64,000 nt of DNA from Bacilli bacterium (GTDB lineage Bacteria; Bacillota_I; Bacilli_A; RF39; UBA660), in assembly GCA_017409025.1 (NCBI GenBank), contig JAFQTN010000014.1:46628-110627 (forward strand), read 5' to 3'. Shown here one piece after another: positions 1 to 8,609 of the stretch. The position numbers and the translations under genes are program-made. Below the pieces are notes generated by a model that was not told where the DNA came from, did no database searches, and saw only the letters and a program-made list of their open reading frames with translations. Within the stretch, counting starts at the first letter, position 1. The number at the start of each line of letters is the position of its first letter.

Positions 1-125
1 TCTTAATTAGAATTATGGAAGGTATAAGAGAGAGTATTAAAGAAGATAGATTCTTAGAATATAAGAGAGAATTTATTGATAATTATAGTTTAATGGAAAG
101 AAATAAAAAAAAGGTATCTGAATAG
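1..125 (+). CDS. tgt: queuine tRNA-ribosyltransferase, C-terminal fragment (5' end outside window)
   Basis: Frame 3 reads LIRIMEGIRESIKEDRFLEYKREFIDNYSLMERNKKKVSE*. The IRxxIxEDRFxxFxxEF tail resembles the conserved Tgt C-terminus. TAG stop at 123-125. Confidence 0.55.
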   Translation, partial: LIRIMEGIRESIKEDRFLEYKREFIDNYSLMERNKKKVSE

Positions 126-136
126 GTACCTTTTTT
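107..136. terminator. hairpin between convergent tgt and cotZ-like genes
   Basis: AAAAAAGGTA (107-116) pairs with TACCTTTTTT (127-136). A-run and T-run flanks would allow use on both strands. The stem is weak and AU-rich. Confidence 0.45.
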
Positions 137-153
137 CTTATATGGTGTATATA

Positions 154-576
154 TTAGATACAGTCAACGAAAGTATCGTCTAAGCATCTAATTATACATA
201 CACATCCTAAATTAATTGTAAAGAATGAGTTTGTTGCTTCGTATGGGAATGCTGATGCTGTATCTGTGTTAGGAGCTAATACTCTAAAAGTAGCACAGCA
301 GTCATCTAATTTTTCTAATCTAAATACAGTGCTAGTTTCAGTTACTGCAGGATCTCTACTTATAGGCATAGCTAATGGTGTAGAACCACTAGAACATGTA
401 TATAAAGTTACTGGTCTAGTATTACAGAATGTTGCACAGTTTTGTCCTAAGAAACCTCTATCACAAGTTTGTAAGCATGTATCATTTTGGCATACACTTT
501 GTTGAAGTAGTAAGATTACTTTTAGGATATCAGCAATGCAGTTTTCGCAAGTATTTGTTTCATTATTATTACACAT
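154..576 (-). CDS. CotY/CotZ-family cysteine-rich spore coat protein
   Basis: Cys-rich product with NTRPVTLYT and CCATFRVL motifs typical of CotY/CotZ. AAGGAG lies 8 nt upstream of the ATG at 576, so the ORF-track start at 636 is probably too long. Confidence 0.7.
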   Translation of the reverse strand: MCNNNETNTCENCIADILKVILLLQQSVCQNDTCLQTCDRGFLGQNCATFCNTRPVTLYTCSSGSTPLAMPISRDPAVTETSTVFRLEKLDDCCATFRVLAPNTDTASAFPYEATNSFFTINLGCVCIIRCLDDTFVDCI

Positions 577-666
577 ATAATCCACTCCTTTATTTATATT
601 CATTATAAGATATGTTAAAACTCCAAAAAAATTCATTATTTACACCTAGTTAGAATATAATTTAAT

Positions 667-1965
667 ATGAAAATGTTTATTACAATGATTGGATTAATAA
701 TAGTAGCCATAATATTAAATATATTTGATTATAATTCTTTTTTAGATTTATTATCTATTACTTGGTATATTGCTAGTATACTTATTATTTATTCAGGTAT
801 CAAATATTCTTTTAAATATAAATTTATTCAGTTTAAAATTAAAGAATTTATTAAGGCAATTAAGTCTAAGAGTAAAAACAATATAAGTCCATTATCTAGT
901 TTAAGTATGTCTTTAGCTGCTAAGATTGGGGTGGGTTCATTATCTGGAGTAGCACTTTGTTTATATTTTGGAGGAATTGGTAGCATATTTTGGATGTGTA
1001 TAATATCTTTAATAGTATCTATTAATACTTATGTAGAATGTATATTGGGAATTAAATATAGGGATAAAGTAGGAAATAGTTTAATAGGTGGGCCTAGTTT
1101 TTATATTAAGAAATGTTTAAATAATAAGTGTTTGTCTATTTTATATGGAATCCTTATTATTATTACATATAGTGGATTATTCTTGTCTATTCAGTCAAAT
1201 ACCATAGTAAGTGTTATTAGTGATTTTGATATTAATATTACTTTAATAGTAATAGTTTTATCATTAGTTACTTTTATAATAATAAAAAAAGAATCTAAAA
1301 ATATCTTTTTAGTAGATAGTATATTAGTTCCTTTTATGTTAATATTTTATTTATTAATGGGTTTATATGTATTGTTTAATAGTAGCAATATTTTAGATAT
1401 ATTAAAATTAATGGTAAGGGATGCATTTAAAATAAAAAGTATTATTCCATTATTTTTAGTTGGAATGCAAAGAGCAATCTTTATTAGTGAATCTGGTATA
1501 GGTACTAGTGCAATATCAGCAAGTGCTTGTGATAATGATCCAGATAAACAAGGAAAGTTAGAAATATTAGGAATACATATTACAACTTTTTTAGTGTGTT
1601 TTATTACTTTTTTAATAATAGTTACTAGTAATTATAATATTGTAGATTTTGGTAATATTAATGGTATAGAAATAGTAATGTATGCATTTAATTATCATTT
1701 TGGTAATTTTGGTAAAATAATTTTGGCTATTATTACTACGATGTTTGCTTTTTCAACGATTATTTCTGGTTATTTTTTTGGAGAGAATAATGTTAGGATA
1801 TTTACTAATAATAAAAAAGTAATAAAGATGTTTAAAATATTTGTAATAGTTATAATTTTTATATCTGGATACATTAGTCCTAATATTTTATGGAATTTAA
1901 CAGATTATTTTATAGCAATATTAGCTATTATAAATATATCTTCAATAATTAGAATTAATAGATGA
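667..1965 (+). CDS. alanine/glycine:cation symporter (AGCS family)
   Basis: Polytopic membrane protein. GGIGSIFWMCIISL...YRDKVGNSLIGGPSFYIKK matches the AGCS N-terminal signature. Confidence 0.75.
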   Translation: MKMFITMIGLIIVAIILNIFDYNSFLDLLSITWYIASILIIYSGIKYSFKYKFIQFKIKEFIKAIKSKSKNNISPLSSLSMSLAAKIGVGSLSGVALCLYFGGIGSIFWMCIISLIVSINTYVECILGIKYRDKVGNSLIGGPSFYIKKCLNNKCLSILYGILIIITYSGLFLSIQSNTIVSVISDFDINITLIVIVLSLVTFIIIKKESKNIFLVDSILVPFMLIFYLLMGLYVLFNSSNILDILKLMVRDAFKIKSIIPLFLVGMQRAIFISESGIGTSAISASACDNDPDKQGKLEILGIHITTFLVCFITFLIIVTSNYNIVDFGNINGIEIVMYAFNYHFGNFGKIILAIITTMFAFSTIISGYFFGENNVRIFTNNKKVIKMFKIFVIVIIFISGYISPNILWNLTDYFIAILAIINISSIIRINR

Positions 1966-1971
1966 TATGTA

Positions 1972-2000
1972 TTGTTAAAAATAAATATTTATGATATTAT
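1972..2000 (+). promoter_or_regulatory. candidate sigma-A promoter for a short convergent transcript
   Basis: TTGTTA (1972-1977), 17-nt spacer, TGaTATTAT (1992-2000). It would give a ~110-nt RNA ending at the 2079-2120 terminator. It could be a chance match in AT-rich DNA. Confidence 0.3.
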
Positions 2001-2078
2001 GTATTTAGTGAGGAAACTTCATATAATAAAAAAGGAACATTTAATAGTCGCATGTTAAGTGTTGCCAATTGTTTGGGT

Positions 2079-2120
2079 TCACCTAATTCAATACGATTGA
2101 GTTAGGTGATTTTCTTTTTA
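2079..2120 (+). terminator. rho-independent terminator
   Basis: 14-bp stem TCACCTAATTCAAT / ATTGAGTTAGGTGA with loop ACG, followed by TTTTCTTTTT. Confidence 0.7.
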
Positions 2121-2201
2121 TATTAAAACTATAAACAGTAATAATACTAATAGGAAGACAAGTATAATTAAGGAAAAGATTAAAAAATCTTTTTTAGTCA
2201 T
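2118..2201 (-). CDS. 27-aa hydrophobic peptide (MTKKDFLIFSLIILVFLLVLLLFIVLI)
   Basis: Too short for the ORF track. GGAAGGAGG Shine-Dalgarno ~7 nt upstream of the ATG at 2201. It has its own extended -10 promoter and a single predicted TM helix after a KKD N-terminus. Confidence 0.45.
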   Translation of the reverse strand: MTKKDFLIFSLIILVFLLVLLLFIVLI

Positions 2202-2263
2202 AATATCGCCTCCTTCCTTTTGGAAATTTGGCAATCACCCAACTTATTAAATGTTGCGTATAG

Positions 2264-2292
2264 ATTATAGCAAGTATATTTATGTGAATCAA
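2264..2292 (-). promoter_or_regulatory. sigma-A promoter of the 27-aa ORF
   Basis: On the minus strand: TTGATT (2292-2287), 17-nt spacer, TGcTATAAT (-10 hexamer at 2269-2264). Confidence 0.5.
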
Positions 2293-2394
2293 TAGATTTT
2301 ATAAATGTTCAACAAAGGGTTAACTAAAATATAGGAATGTATATATCATAAGTATATACTTCTTTTTTTTGTTAATAATATTACTGGTGATATT

Positions 2395-2832
2395 ATGGAT
2401 GATAAATATTTAGATATAGTAGATAAACATTCTCCAAAAGAAGATAGATTAAAAAATGCGATAGTTAGTTTTATAGCTGGTGGTATGCTTGGAAGTTTAT
2501 CAGAATTACTTCTTAGAGGGTATATGATATGGTTTAATCTACCTCGAAAAGAAGCTGGAGTAGTGGTTATTCTTACTTTAATTATATTAGCTTCGGTTCT
2601 TACTGCATTTGGGGTATTTGATGTGTGTGTTTCTAAATTTAAAAGTGCATTAATTATTCCTATAACTGGTTTTGCTCATTCGATGACTGCAGCAGCGTTA
2701 GAATATAGAAAAGAAGGTTTAGTATTAGGAATAGGTGCTAATATCTTTAAGTTAGCTGGGACAGTTATTTTGTATGGGATAGTATCAGTATATATCTTTG
2801 GACTAATTAGAATGTTAGTGATGGGAGGATAA
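2395..2832 (+). CDS. spoVAC: stage V sporulation protein AC
   Basis: 145-aa four-TM protein with the N-terminal ...HSPKE...NAIVSFIAGG pattern of SpoVAC. First gene of a spoVAC-AD-AE arrangement. Confidence 0.9.
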   Translation: MDDKYLDIVDKHSPKEDRLKNAIVSFIAGGMLGSLSELLLRGYMIWFNLPRKEAGVVVILTLIILASVLTAFGVFDVCVSKFKSALIIPITGFAHSMTAAALEYRKEGLVLGIGANIFKLAGTVILYGIVSVYIFGLIRMLVMGG

Positions 2833-2833
2833 T

Positions 2834-3826
2834 ATGACTAATAAATTTAATAATGTTTATGTAGGTGATAGTTATACGATAGCATCAGTGTATGAAAAAG
2901 ATGGTCCAATTGCAGATTATTTTGATAAAGTATATGACAAAGATTTATATTATGGATGTGATACTTTTGAAAAAGCTGAAGAAAAGATGCTTTCTGATAG
3001 TATAGAGAATTTAATAGATAAAGTAGAATATAAAGATAGTGATATTGATTATGTTATTTCAGGTGATTTAGAAAATCAAATTGCAGCATCTGATTATGCT
3101 TTAAGACATTTTGATATTCCTTTTTTAGGAATATTTAGCGCTTGTGCTACTTTTGGTGAAGGATTATTAATTGGTGCTAATTTAATTGAAGGGAAAAGAG
3201 CTAAGAATATTATTGTTAGTACTAGTAGTCATAATATGATGGCAGAAAAACAATTTAGAAATCCGACTGAGTATGGTGCTCCTAAGAAAAAGACTACTAC
3301 TTGGACATCTACGGGGGCTGCATGTATGTTACTTACTAATAAAAAGGGAAAGATTAAAATTACATCTGCTACTTGTGGTAAAGTACAAGATAAGAATGTT
3401 ACTGATGTTAATAATATGGGTGCTGTTATGGCAATTGCTGCAGCTGACACGATAGAAAGACATTTAGTTGACTTAAATATTAAACCTAATTATTATGATT
3501 TAATATTGACAGGTGATTTAGGTTGTTATGGTAAAGAAATATTAATAGATTATTTAAAAACTAAGAATATAGATATATCTAAAAATTATGAAGATTGTGG
3601 TTTAATTTTATATGACATAAAGAAACAGAATGTTTTTGCTGGAGCGTCAGGACCTGCATCAAGTGCTTTAGTACTTTGTTCTTACTTATTAAAAGAAATG
3701 GAAAGAGGAAAATATAAGAAAATATTATTAGTTCCTACGGGAGCAATATTTAGTCCTACGCGAACTTTTCAAAAGGATAGTATTCCATCAATTGCACATG
3801 CTATTTCATTTGAGGTGAGTGAATAA
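2834..3826 (+). CDS. spoVAD: stage V sporulation protein AD
   Basis: 330-aa thiolase-like-fold protein between spoVAC and spoVAE. Length and conserved order fit SpoVAD. Confidence 0.9.
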   Translation: MTNKFNNVYVGDSYTIASVYEKDGPIADYFDKVYDKDLYYGCDTFEKAEEKMLSDSIENLIDKVEYKDSDIDYVISGDLENQIAASDYALRHFDIPFLGIFSACATFGEGLLIGANLIEGKRAKNIIVSTSSHNMMAEKQFRNPTEYGAPKKKTTTWTSTGAACMLLTNKKGKIKITSATCGKVQDKNVTDVNNMGAVMAIAAADTIERHLVDLNIKPNYYDLILTGDLGCYGKEILIDYLKTKNIDISKNYEDCGLILYDIKKQNVFAGASGPASSALVLCSYLLKEMERGKYKKILLVPTGAIFSPTRTFQKDSIPSIAHAISFEVSE

Positions 3827-4179
3827 TGGAGACATATGTATATGCATTTTTATTCTGTGGTTTTGTATGTATGATAAGTCAAGTTATTTTGGATAATACA
3901 AAACTTACTCCCGGTCATGTAACTAGTTTATTTGTAGTAATTGGTGCATTTTTAGACTTAGCTGGTATTTATGATAAGATAGTACTATATTGTGGTGCTG
4001 GAGCAATTATTCCAATTACTTCTTTTGGACATTTACTTATTCATGGAGCAATGGATGTGGCGGCAGAAAATGGAATAATGGGTCTTGCACTTGGAATATT
4101 TGATTTAACTTCGGCAGGTATTAGTGTAGCAGTAGTATGTGCATTTATATTAGCATTAATTTTTAAACCTAAACATTAG
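3826..4179 (+). CDS. spoVAE: stage V sporulation protein AE (AEb-type)
   Basis: 117-aa membrane protein, start overlaps the spoVAD stop (ATAATG). Sequence is similar to the SpoVAC/AEb family. Confidence 0.85.
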   Translation: METYVYAFLFCGFVCMISQVILDNTKLTPGHVTSLFVVIGAFLDLAGIYDKIVLYCGAGAIIPITSFGHLLIHGAMDVAAENGIMGLALGIFDLTSAGISVAVVCAFILALIFKPKH

Positions 4180-4247
4180 TGTAAAGTAAGTATTTGATAA
4201 TTGTACATTTATCTATTTATATGTTATTATATTTATAGGTGATGTGT

Positions 4248-4844
4248 ATGAAAAATAAACTTAGTTTTTATGGAATAATAATACTTATTGGTTTATTTGT
4301 TGCTTTTTATTTTATTGCTTCATTATTTTTAGAACATATGAGACATGATGAAGAAATTAATGAAGAGAATATGGCTATAACAGAAAATGATAAAAATTAT
4401 AATGATGAGATTGAGATAGTTAACAATTTATATCAAAACGTTAGAATACTATATGATGTTGTTAATAGTAAGTTTAAAGTAGATCAAGATGACATTATAG
4501 TAATTAATGATATTACTTATAAAAAAATAACTAATTTTGATGAAGTTACTAGTAATTTGTTTACTTTAAATGGTCTTAATAAATACATAAGTGATTTAGG
4601 CAGTTATTTTGCAATAACAAATGATTTATATTATTTAGCAGGTAATTTAGTAAGTTATCAAACTTATTATTTTAGGGGAGATGATACTAAAATATATATA
4701 TTAGATGTTAGTGACAATGTGATAAATGCTATAATATATGAGAAATGGACTAGTAATAATAAGAATACTTTGGCTACGATAAGAGTAATTAAAGAAGAAA
4801 AAAGTTGGTTAATAGATGATATATCAATATTAGTTAGTGAATAG
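4248..4844 (+). CDS. membrane-anchored hypothetical protein
   Basis: N-terminal TM helix. AGGTGA RBS favours the ATG at 4248 over the GTG at 4239. No recognisable motif. Confidence 0.55.
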   Translation: MKNKLSFYGIIILIGLFVAFYFIASLFLEHMRHDEEINEENMAITENDKNYNDEIEIVNNLYQNVRILYDVVNSKFKVDQDDIIVINDITYKKITNFDEVTSNLFTLNGLNKYISDLGSYFAITNDLYYLAGNLVSYQTYYFRGDDTKIYILDVSDNVINAIIYEKWTSNNKNTLATIRVIKEEKSWLIDDISILVSE

Positions 4845-4891
4845 ATATTTTAAAGAACGCTTAGGTGTTCTTTTTAAATGTATATATAAAT

Positions 4892-4920
4892 TTGACAAAA
4901 ACAAACAAATGTGCTATTAT
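4892..4920 (+). promoter_or_regulatory. sigma-A promoter (extended -10) of the mTERF-like gene array
   Basis: TTGACA (4892-4897), 17-nt spacer, TGcTATTAT (4912-4920). Confidence 0.6.
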
Positions 4921-4947
4921 ATTTAGCCGATTAAGGGGATGGTTTGG

Positions 4948-5742
4948 ATGATAGTAGAAAAAATGCTAAAACTAGGTTTTACTGAAGAACAGATTAATAC
5001 GATTTTAACTAATTATGCTATTTTAAGGTTGAGAAAGAGTAATGTTTCAAAGTTGGTAGGTGAAATGTTAGATTTTTTTAAAAACTATGGATATAGTGAT
5101 GAAGATATAGTTAAAATGAGTAAATTACATCCACAAATATACGGTTATAGTGCTACTAATATAAGTCAAAAAATACTATTTTTAGAGAATCTTGGATATG
5201 CAAAAGTAGAAATAATTAAAATGACAAAAAGTTGTCCTCAAATATTTAGTTTGTCTACAGAAAATATTATAAATAAGTTAGAGGTTATGAAAGGATTAGG
5301 ATATAAAATTTCTAATTTATTAAATATGATTTCTAGATTTCCTCAAATATTAACATTATCTAATGAGTATATAGTAAATAAATTTAATGATTTGATAGGA
5401 TTAGGTTATACGAATAAAGAGGTAATTAAGATAACAATTAAACTGCCACAAATTTGGAGTTTAACAATGGAAAATATTACTACTAAGAAAGAATTTTATG
5501 ATTCTATAGGAATATCTAGTTTTATATTAGTTAAAGCTAATTTACTTATGCAAAGTGTAGAATTATCATATGCAAGATATATGTTTTATATGTCTATAGG
5601 TAAAACAATAGATAGTAATAATTATATGGATATTTTTTGTGGTCAAAAAAGATTTGAAACATTATATGGTAAAACTAATAAAGATTTAATAGAATTATAC
5701 CCATATGATAAAGAAGAAATTCTAAAAAGAATAAAGAAGTAG
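4948..5742 (+). CDS. mTERF-like repeat protein, paralog 1
   Basis: Tandem ~35-aa units LGY[ST]xxE[IV]xKMxxxxPQI[FW]xLSxENI. AAGGGGA RBS favours the ATG at 4948 (track start 4939). C-terminal KKEFYDSIG...SYARYMF module shared with paralogs 2 and 3. Confidence 0.6.
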   Translation: MIVEKMLKLGFTEEQINTILTNYAILRLRKSNVSKLVGEMLDFFKNYGYSDEDIVKMSKLHPQIYGYSATNISQKILFLENLGYAKVEIIKMTKSCPQIFSLSTENIINKLEVMKGLGYKISNLLNMISRFPQILTLSNEYIVNKFNDLIGLGYTNKEVIKITIKLPQIWSLTMENITTKKEFYDSIGISSFILVKANLLMQSVELSYARYMFYMSIGKTIDSNNYMDIFCGQKRFETLYGKTNKDLIELYPYDKEEILKRIKK

Positions 5743-5751
5743 GTGGTTATG

Positions 5752-6960
5752 ATGTTATATGAATATATGTATAGTTTAGGTTATAAGAAAGAGCAAATTG
5801 ATAAAATATTAAATTATTGTGTTAATGTTAGAAGATATCGTATAGATGGATTATATGAAAAGGCAAAAGTAATATTTCCTTATTTTATTAGTTTAGGTTA
5901 TACGAATAAAGAGGTTATTAAAATATCTTTAGAGTGTATATCATTATATACTCGTAGTTTAGATATTATTAAGAGAAAATTTGATTGTCTGTATGAACTT
6001 GGTTATACTAAAGAAGAAGTTATTAGAATGATATATTCATTTCCGAGAATATTTAATTTAAAGAAGGAAACTATTAATAATAAAATATTATTAATTATGA
6101 ATTTAGGTTTTAGTAGAAAAGAAACATTAGACATTATAAAGACAGATCCTGGTATATTGGGATATAGTTTTATTAATCTTAAAAATAAATTTAATTATTT
6201 ATTATCCTTAGGTTATTCTCAAAAAGAATTAATTAAAATGATTAATCAAAATCCAATAATACTGGTTTCTAATAAACCTTCAAAAAGTATAGATGTTATT
6301 TGTAAATTTGGATTTACTCGTGAGAAAGCAATTAAGATGTGTAAAAAGTGTCCTAATCTTATGGTAATAACTGAAGAATATATAAATGAGAAAATTAAGA
6401 ATATGATGGACTTAGGTTATACTTATCCTCAGGTTATTAAAATGCATAATAAGTTTTCTAAGCTTTTTACTTATGGTATAGATAATATTATAGAAAGATT
6501 TAATAAACTTATAGAATTAGGATATAGTAAAAAACAAGTTATTATAATGACGGTAGTTTCACCTGCTATATTTAGTTATAGTATATCTAGTATAGTGAAA
6601 AGAATTGATGATTTAATTAGTTTAGGATTTACAAAGGAAGAAGTAATTAATATGACTGTATCACTTCCGTCATTATATGGATTTAGTATAGATAATATTC
6701 GTGAGAAAAAAGAATTTTATGATTCAATAGGATTAAGTAGATTATTTGTAGTAGATCCTAAACAACTTATTCAAGGTATAAAATTAACTTATGCTAGATA
6801 CATGTTTTTAAAATCAATAGGAATGGATATTGATATGAATAATTATATATTATTATTTTGGGGACAAAAAGCATTTAAATGTATGTTTGGAATAGATAAT
6901 GAGGAAGTTATTCAGCAGTATGGTAATAAAGAAATAGATATTAAAGTTAGGACTAAATAG
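5752..6960 (+). CDS. mTERF-like repeat protein, paralog 2
   Basis: About 9 repeat units, e.g. LGYTKEEVIRMIYSFPRIFNLKKETINNKILLIMN and LGFSRKETLDIIKTDPGILGYSFINLKNKFNYLLS. Start is uncertain (GTG 5743, ATG 5749 or 5752). Confidence 0.6.
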   Translation: MLYEYMYSLGYKKEQIDKILNYCVNVRRYRIDGLYEKAKVIFPYFISLGYTNKEVIKISLECISLYTRSLDIIKRKFDCLYELGYTKEEVIRMIYSFPRIFNLKKETINNKILLIMNLGFSRKETLDIIKTDPGILGYSFINLKNKFNYLLSLGYSQKELIKMINQNPIILVSNKPSKSIDVICKFGFTREKAIKMCKKCPNLMVITEEYINEKIKNMMDLGYTYPQVIKMHNKFSKLFTYGIDNIIERFNKLIELGYSKKQVIIMTVVSPAIFSYSISSIVKRIDDLISLGFTKEEVINMTVSLPSLYGFSIDNIREKKEFYDSIGLSRLFVVDPKQLIQGIKLTYARYMFLKSIGMDIDMNNYILLFWGQKAFKCMFGIDNEEVIQQYGNKEIDIKVRTK

Positions 6961-6969
6961 GTGATATGT

Positions 6970-8079
6970 ATGTTAGTAGAAAAAATGAAAGAATTAGGTT
7001 ATACTGATAGTGATATTGAGAAAATAATTAATCAATATACGGCTGCAAATAATACTAAAAATAATTTGTTTAAGAGACTTGAAGGAAATTATAAAATGCT
7101 TATATCTTTAGGTTTAAGTAGAAATGAAGCTATTAAAATAACTAAAGAATTTCCGTTACTTTTGGCATATTTAGATACTTCTATTGAAAAGAAAATATAT
7201 AATATAAAAGAATTAGGGTATGAAATGAGTGCTATTAAAAAAATGATAATAGCATTTCCTCAAATTTTAAGTTTAGATATTGCTAATATGGAAAAGAAAA
7301 TAGAAGATATGAAAAAAATAGGTTATAGCAATAAGGCGGTATTAAAAATAACTACTGCCTGTCCACATGTATTTGGGTTAAATATTAATAATATTAAAAA
7401 TATGCTAATTAAATTAACAGAATTAGGTTTTAAATATGAAGAGGTATTAAAAATAACTACAAAATATCCTGAAATATTTGGTTTATCTATCGAAAATATC
7501 AGTAAGAAAATAGATGATATGATTACTTTGGGATATAATAGATTATTAGTTATAAAAATGATAAAGATTTATCCTAATATACTAGGTTTAAATATTAATA
7601 ATATGAAAAAGAAATTAAAAGATATGAAAAAATTAGAGTATACTAATAAGGATTTGTTAATTATAACTAGTACATGTCCACAATTATTTGGATATACTAT
7701 TGAAAGAATAAAAAAGAGAATAAACGATATTATGGATTTGGGGTATTCTTATCAAGAAGTAATTAATATGTCTAAAAAATTTCCTCAAATATTTGGTCTT
7801 AGTATTGATGCTATTAAAGTAAAGAAAGAATTTTATGATTCAATTGGGTTAGAAAGGCTGTTTATTGATTATCCAAGAAATTTAATGCAAAGTGTAGAAT
7901 TATCATATGCAAGATATATGTTTTATAAATCTATAGGGATAGAAATAAATAAAGATAATTTTAGAATGTTATTTGAAGATCAAAAAAGATTTAAAAAAAG
8001 GTATAATTATTCTAATGATGATTTAATTAAAATGTATAATTATAATGAAGAAAAAGCTAAAAGTAGGACGTTAGATTAA
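6970..8079 (+). CDS. mTERF-like repeat protein, paralog 3
   Basis: Same repeat (LGYEMSAIKKMIIAFPQILSLDIANMEKKIEDMKK...). AGGTGA RBS favours the ATG at 6970 (track GTG 6961). Confidence 0.6.
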   Translation: MLVEKMKELGYTDSDIEKIINQYTAANNTKNNLFKRLEGNYKMLISLGLSRNEAIKITKEFPLLLAYLDTSIEKKIYNIKELGYEMSAIKKMIIAFPQILSLDIANMEKKIEDMKKIGYSNKAVLKITTACPHVFGLNINNIKNMLIKLTELGFKYEEVLKITTKYPEIFGLSIENISKKIDDMITLGYNRLLVIKMIKIYPNILGLNINNMKKKLKDMKKLEYTNKDLLIITSTCPQLFGYTIERIKKRINDIMDLGYSYQEVINMSKKFPQIFGLSIDAIKVKKEFYDSIGLERLFIDYPRNLMQSVELSYARYMFYKSIGIEINKDNFRMLFEDQKRFKKRYNYSNDDLIKMYNYNEEKAKSRTLD

Positions 8080-8096
8080 TAATATATTATTTAAAT

Positions 8097-8504
8097 GTGG
8101 GTGAAAATGTGGAAGAATTATTTAGTTTAGGTATTAGTGAAGAAGATATGAAAAATATTTTAGAACAAAATTCAAATTTGTTTAATATATCTAGTGATTT
8201 AGTGAAAGAAAAGATAGATATACTTAAATATGTTAATTGCGATCAAAGACATATAAAGAACATTATTGTTAGTAATCCAGAATATTTAGAAAGAGAATCT
8301 AGTGATATACTTAAATTAATTAAATATTTAAAGGATAATGGATTTACACTTTTAAATTTATTGTTTGATTCTAATCCTTATTTTTTAAATTATGATGTTT
8401 TTGAGATAAGAGATTATGTAAATAAAAGAATAGATGATGGATTAGAGTTAGATGATATAGTGGATGAAGTAGAAAATAATCCATATATCATAGATGAAGT
8501 TTAG
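8097..8504 (+). CDS. short mTERF-like repeat protein, paralog 4
   Basis: 135 aa with 3-4 degenerate units (LGISEEDMKNILEQNSNLFNISSDLVKEKIDILK...). Start codon is uncertain. Confidence 0.45.
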   Translation: MGENVEELFSLGISEEDMKNILEQNSNLFNISSDLVKEKIDILKYVNCDQRHIKNIIVSNPEYLERESSDILKLIKYLKDNGFTLLNLLFDSNPYFLNYDVFEIRDYVNKRIDDGLELDDIVDEVENNPYIIDEV

Positions 8505-8516
8505 ATATAGACTAGT

Positions 8517-8546
8517 GGAACTACTAAAAAATGTAGTTCTTTTTCT
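8517..8546 (+). terminator. rho-independent terminator
   Basis: GAACTAC / GTAGTTC stem followed by TTTTTC. Confidence 0.6.
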
Positions 8547-8609
8547 TTATAAATATATAGGTTTATGCTATTATATATGTAAGAGATGTTATAATTCTGG
8601 AGGATAAAA

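Noticed and set aside
606-614. Sigma-K-type -10 (CATATCTTA on the minus strand) upstream of the cotY/Z-like gene.
   Set aside because: I could not find the matching AC -35 element at the right spacing, so a single 9-mer in AT-rich DNA is not sufficient.
2050-2262. Inverted repeats (TTGCCAA/TTGGCAA and TTTGGGT/ACCCAA) flanking the 27-aa ORF, as possible MITE-like termini.
   Set aside because: The two 7-mers occur in swapped order on the two sides, so they do not form a colinear terminal inverted repeat. Matches this short are expected by chance.
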